A stretch of 64,000 nt of DNA from Candidatus Poribacteria bacterium (GTDB lineage: Bacteria > Poribacteria > WGA-4E > JAJDTR01): positions 704,001 to 768,000 of the forward strand of contig CBDCTK010000002.1 in the NCBI GenBank assembly GCA_965222225.1. The letters are read 5' to 3'. The notes beneath the pieces were generated by a model. It saw only the letters and a program-made list of their open reading frames with translations, was not told the origin of the DNA and searched no databases. Every line of letters starts with the position of its first letter. The first letter of the stretch is position 1. This document shows positions 61,341-64,000 of this stretch, piece after piece. A program made the translations under genes and the position numbers.

Positions 61341-61493
61341 GATAATGACCTCCTGTTATGAAAACAAATCTACGTTTTTAGTTCTACAGTATTGAGAAAA
61401 TAATCGGGCAACTAGAATCGGGATGTGAGGATTCTGTTTCTCTCTTCCGACGCATGACATCACTATTCGCGTCATGAGATGGCTACAGATTCG

Positions 61494-63011
61494 CTAGTTT
61501 TGAATTCCTAAATTTTCTATCAAGGATTCAACAGTTGGCGACTCATTCAAAACCCGGTTGTATTCTGCTGCCAGGCTTGGATCGGCGAGTTGTTTCATGC
61601 AGACGGATACAGGTTTTCCCTTTAGATTGAACGTGATATTATCCCACTGAACGGATTGCACATCGGCACTAAATTTATTGAGCGACTTTCCACGAAAATA
61701 CGCCCGGGTATCTTGCGGGGGATGATGAATGGCGTGTTCAATCTGCCGGTCTGTAACGACGCGGCGCATCAACCCCTGTGCTTGGAGTCCGTAATATAAC
61801 CCCTCGTCCTGATTGATATTATGATATTCCAGATCCAGGCTTTGCAACCACGGATCGTCCCAACTAATTCCCTCTTCATCAATGAATGTTTCTAGCAACC
61901 ACTTCTTTGCAACCCAATCCAAGCTGTCCATTAGACTCATCGGATCTCTTTCGAGACGGTCAAGCACCAACTCCCATTCAGATATTACCCAGTCGGTTTC
62001 GGAATCTTGACCTGCAAAATGTTGCCGGGCTAAATCCAGATATTTGCGTTGCAGGTCAATTGCGGAAATTGTGGCGCCGTCGCTTAACCTTAATTTCCAC
62101 TCGAAGGTTTGATCGCGCGAAACCTCTTTGATTGTCTGAATCGGGTTGTCAATGGCAAAGCTATCAGGGATTCGCCGCTGTTCGATTAGACTAATCACCA
62201 ACGCTGTTGTACCGAGTTTCAGCGCAGTCGAATACTCGGACATGTTAGCATCACCTACAATACCGTGAAGTCGGCGGTACTTAGCGGCATCCGCGTGCGG
62301 CTCGTCACGTGTGTTCACAATCGGGCGGTTGTGCATCGTGTCTACACTAATTTCTACATGGAAGAAATCTGATCGTTGTGCAAGTTGGAAGAATCCGGCA
62401 GAACTGATTCCCGACTCGGTTTCGATGCCAACCTTGCCTGCACCGGCAAAAATCTGTCGCGTCACAAAGAACGGCATGATGCTTTCTTTCAGGTAATCGA
62501 ACTCGATATCCCGCTTCATCAGGTAGTTGTCGTGACAGCCGTAACTGTGCCCATGAAAATCGGTGTTGTTTTTATAGAGCAAAACCTGTTGTCTTAGTTT
62601 TTCGCTGCGACGCGCAGCGCATTGACACAAGATTCGTTCTCCTGCTTTATCGTGTGCGATTAGTTCAAACAAATTTTGGCATTCAGGCGTGGAATACTCC
62701 GGATGGGCGTGGTCATTATACAGACGTGCACCGTTAACAAGAATCATATCGCTCTTGATTTCGTTGAAAGGAAGATTGCGCTGACTATCCTGTTCTTGAA
62801 ATTGTCGCTCATCCGGGTGTTCTTGAAGTTCGCTAGCGCGGAAGCCACGCTCGTCACGAAACGGATCCTCTCCGTCATAATTCCACATCGGACGGAAGTC
62901 GCCATGACGATAGCTCTTTATGAGTTCGATTGATTGTTGAACCGTGTCAACATTTTTCTTGCCCTCAAGCGTTATACCGTATTCCGTTTCGATTCCAAAT
63001 AGTCTTTGCAT
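61494..63011 (-). CDS. dop: Dop-family depupylase/deamidase
   Basis: RLFGIETEYG, Dop-type N-terminal loop (WNYDGEDP), NGARLYNDHAHPEYSTPE, GHSYGCHDNY. Confidence 0.88.
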   Translation of the reverse strand: MQRLFGIETEYGITLEGKKNVDTVQQSIELIKSYRHGDFRPMWNYDGEDPFRDERGFRASELQEHPDERQFQEQDSQRNLPFNEIKSDMILVNGARLYNDHAHPEYSTPECQNLFELIAHDKAGERILCQCAARRSEKLRQQVLLYKNNTDFHGHSYGCHDNYLMKRDIEFDYLKESIMPFFVTRQIFAGAGKVGIETESGISSAGFFQLAQRSDFFHVEISVDTMHNRPIVNTRDEPHADAAKYRRLHGIVGDANMSEYSTALKLGTTALVISLIEQRRIPDSFAIDNPIQTIKEVSRDQTFEWKLRLSDGATISAIDLQRKYLDLARQHFAGQDSETDWVISEWELVLDRLERDPMSLMDSLDWVAKKWLLETFIDEEGISWDDPWLQSLDLEYHNINQDEGLYYGLQAQGLMRRVVTDRQIEHAIHHPPQDTRAYFRGKSLNKFSADVQSVQWDNITFNLKGKPVSVCMKQLADPSLAAEYNRVLNESPTVESLIENLGIQN

Positions 63012-63288
63012 ATTTAATCGTACTAGACTGGATTGTGCATTGCCGGTCTGCCTTGCGTACTTACCGTGCCGCGAAGAAATCCTGCCCTGCTCGGTCGTCC
63101 ATGCCTAATAATTATCTGTCGTATTGATTCGTGCTAGCAGTCTAAGGAGTACCTCACGAGAGTTGTGCTGTACGACCTGCCCAAGGCACAATTAAGAGAA
63201 GTGTAGTCCCCTAGCGCTACGAATTACATGGTGAAGGTTGGCGGGTTGAAATACGAATGCTTGAGTGTGCCAAGTGTCGCGCATGGAA

Positions 63289-64000
63289 CTAAATCACGCG
63301 TCCGGCGGCGTTTCTCGAAGGCGATTTCTCCGGTCGGATTGGAGATACCTTGACGACGTTCTCCGCGTCATAGTCGAGCAACATTAACCAGTCGTCAACA
63401 CTGTCTGTTGAAGGGAAAATATCACTTTCGCGATATTCCGCACTTAGCGCACCCATCAAATCCGGCGCCCCAATACCTGTCTCCTGTTCCAAATTATTGA
63501 TTGCACGTTTAATTGCAGATTCCTTTGCGCGCTGTACAATGGATTCGATGATAGCTCCACTGCATAAATGACCGCGATAGAGAACATCCCGCCGGCCGTT
63601 TCGCAACCCGACTTCCAAGAACTTATTCTCTTCAGTTGGCTGAAACATTTTGTCGGCGACCTGATCTATCAGATTATTGATGGCTGCTTCAAGATTGCCG
63701 CCATGAGTTTTAACAATCTCGGGATCGATAGGGAGTTCCGGCGTCAGGTAGACGCGGAAAATGTCTTTTGCAGCATCCCCATCGGGACGTGTCACTTTGA
63801 TTTTTCGATCGATGCGACCGGGACGCAGAATGGCTGGATCGATGAGGTCAGGTCGGTTAGTCGCGAGAATGATGACGACGTCTTGAAGTGACTCAATACC
63901 ATCCATCTCAGCGCAAAACATTGGCACAACGGTGTTTGCTATATTGTGAGATCTATAGGATCGACGCGTTCCCAAGATTGACTCGGCTTCGTCAATAAAT
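63289..64000 (-). CDS. arc: Proteasome-associated AAA ATPase ARC/Mpa, C-terminal part (5' end beyond window)
   Basis: Walker B FIDE at the window edge, EMDG, ATNRPDLIDPAILRPGRIDRKI, SGAIIESIVQRAK. Confidence 0.9.
   Translation of the reverse strand, partial: FIDEAESILGTRRSYRSHNIANTVVPMFCAEMDGIESLQDVVIILATNRPDLIDPAILRPGRIDRKIKVTRPDGDAAKDIFRVYLTPELPIDPEIVKTHGGNLEAAINNLIDQVADKMFQPTEENKFLEVGLRNGRRDVLYRGHLCSGAIIESIVQRAKESAIKRAINNLEQETGIGAPDLMGALSAEYRESDIFPSTDSVDDWLMLLDYDAENVVKVSPIRPEKSPSRNAAGRVI

Overview
Bacterial chromosomal window, about 50% GC. Gene content suggests Candidatus Poribacteria or a relative (inference, no search run): several secreted LamG proteins ending in a shared 'VE-x-x-GKL-x-x-x-WG-x-[IL]K' motif, PhyH, sulfatase, and a DUF6785-type transporter. 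From left to right it contains: (1) the 5' part of a PLD-nuclease/SF2-helicase gene and two tandem rmuC paralogs, one lacking the catalytic Lys; (2) redox/catabolic genes in REP- and MITE-rich spacers; (3) infA with a long basic N-terminal extension, an M48 protease, smc, arfB and an IlvD/Edd dehydratase; (4) a carbohydrate-utilisation cluster; (5) a 3-kb fossil island missed by the ORF track, with relics of a resolvase, a PRTase-like gene, NADAR, an IS3 element and a second resolvase; (6) more catabolic genes; (7) an intact candidate defence island: DUF2971-like, type III Res, stand-alone trypsin-like protease, type III Mod, membrane protein and MBL-fold hydrolase; (8) a CoA-transferase III pseudogene and ackA; (9) an ARC-Dop-UBact-PrcB-PrcA-PafA proteasome operon, with arc cut by the window end. 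The best candidates for something new are the type III R-M/protease/MBL island, a ~40-bp element repeatedly found in the loops of REP hairpins, the C-terminal sorting-like motif, and the UBact-proteasome operon whose ATPase lacks an HbYX tail. No tRNA, rRNA or CRISPR array was recognised.
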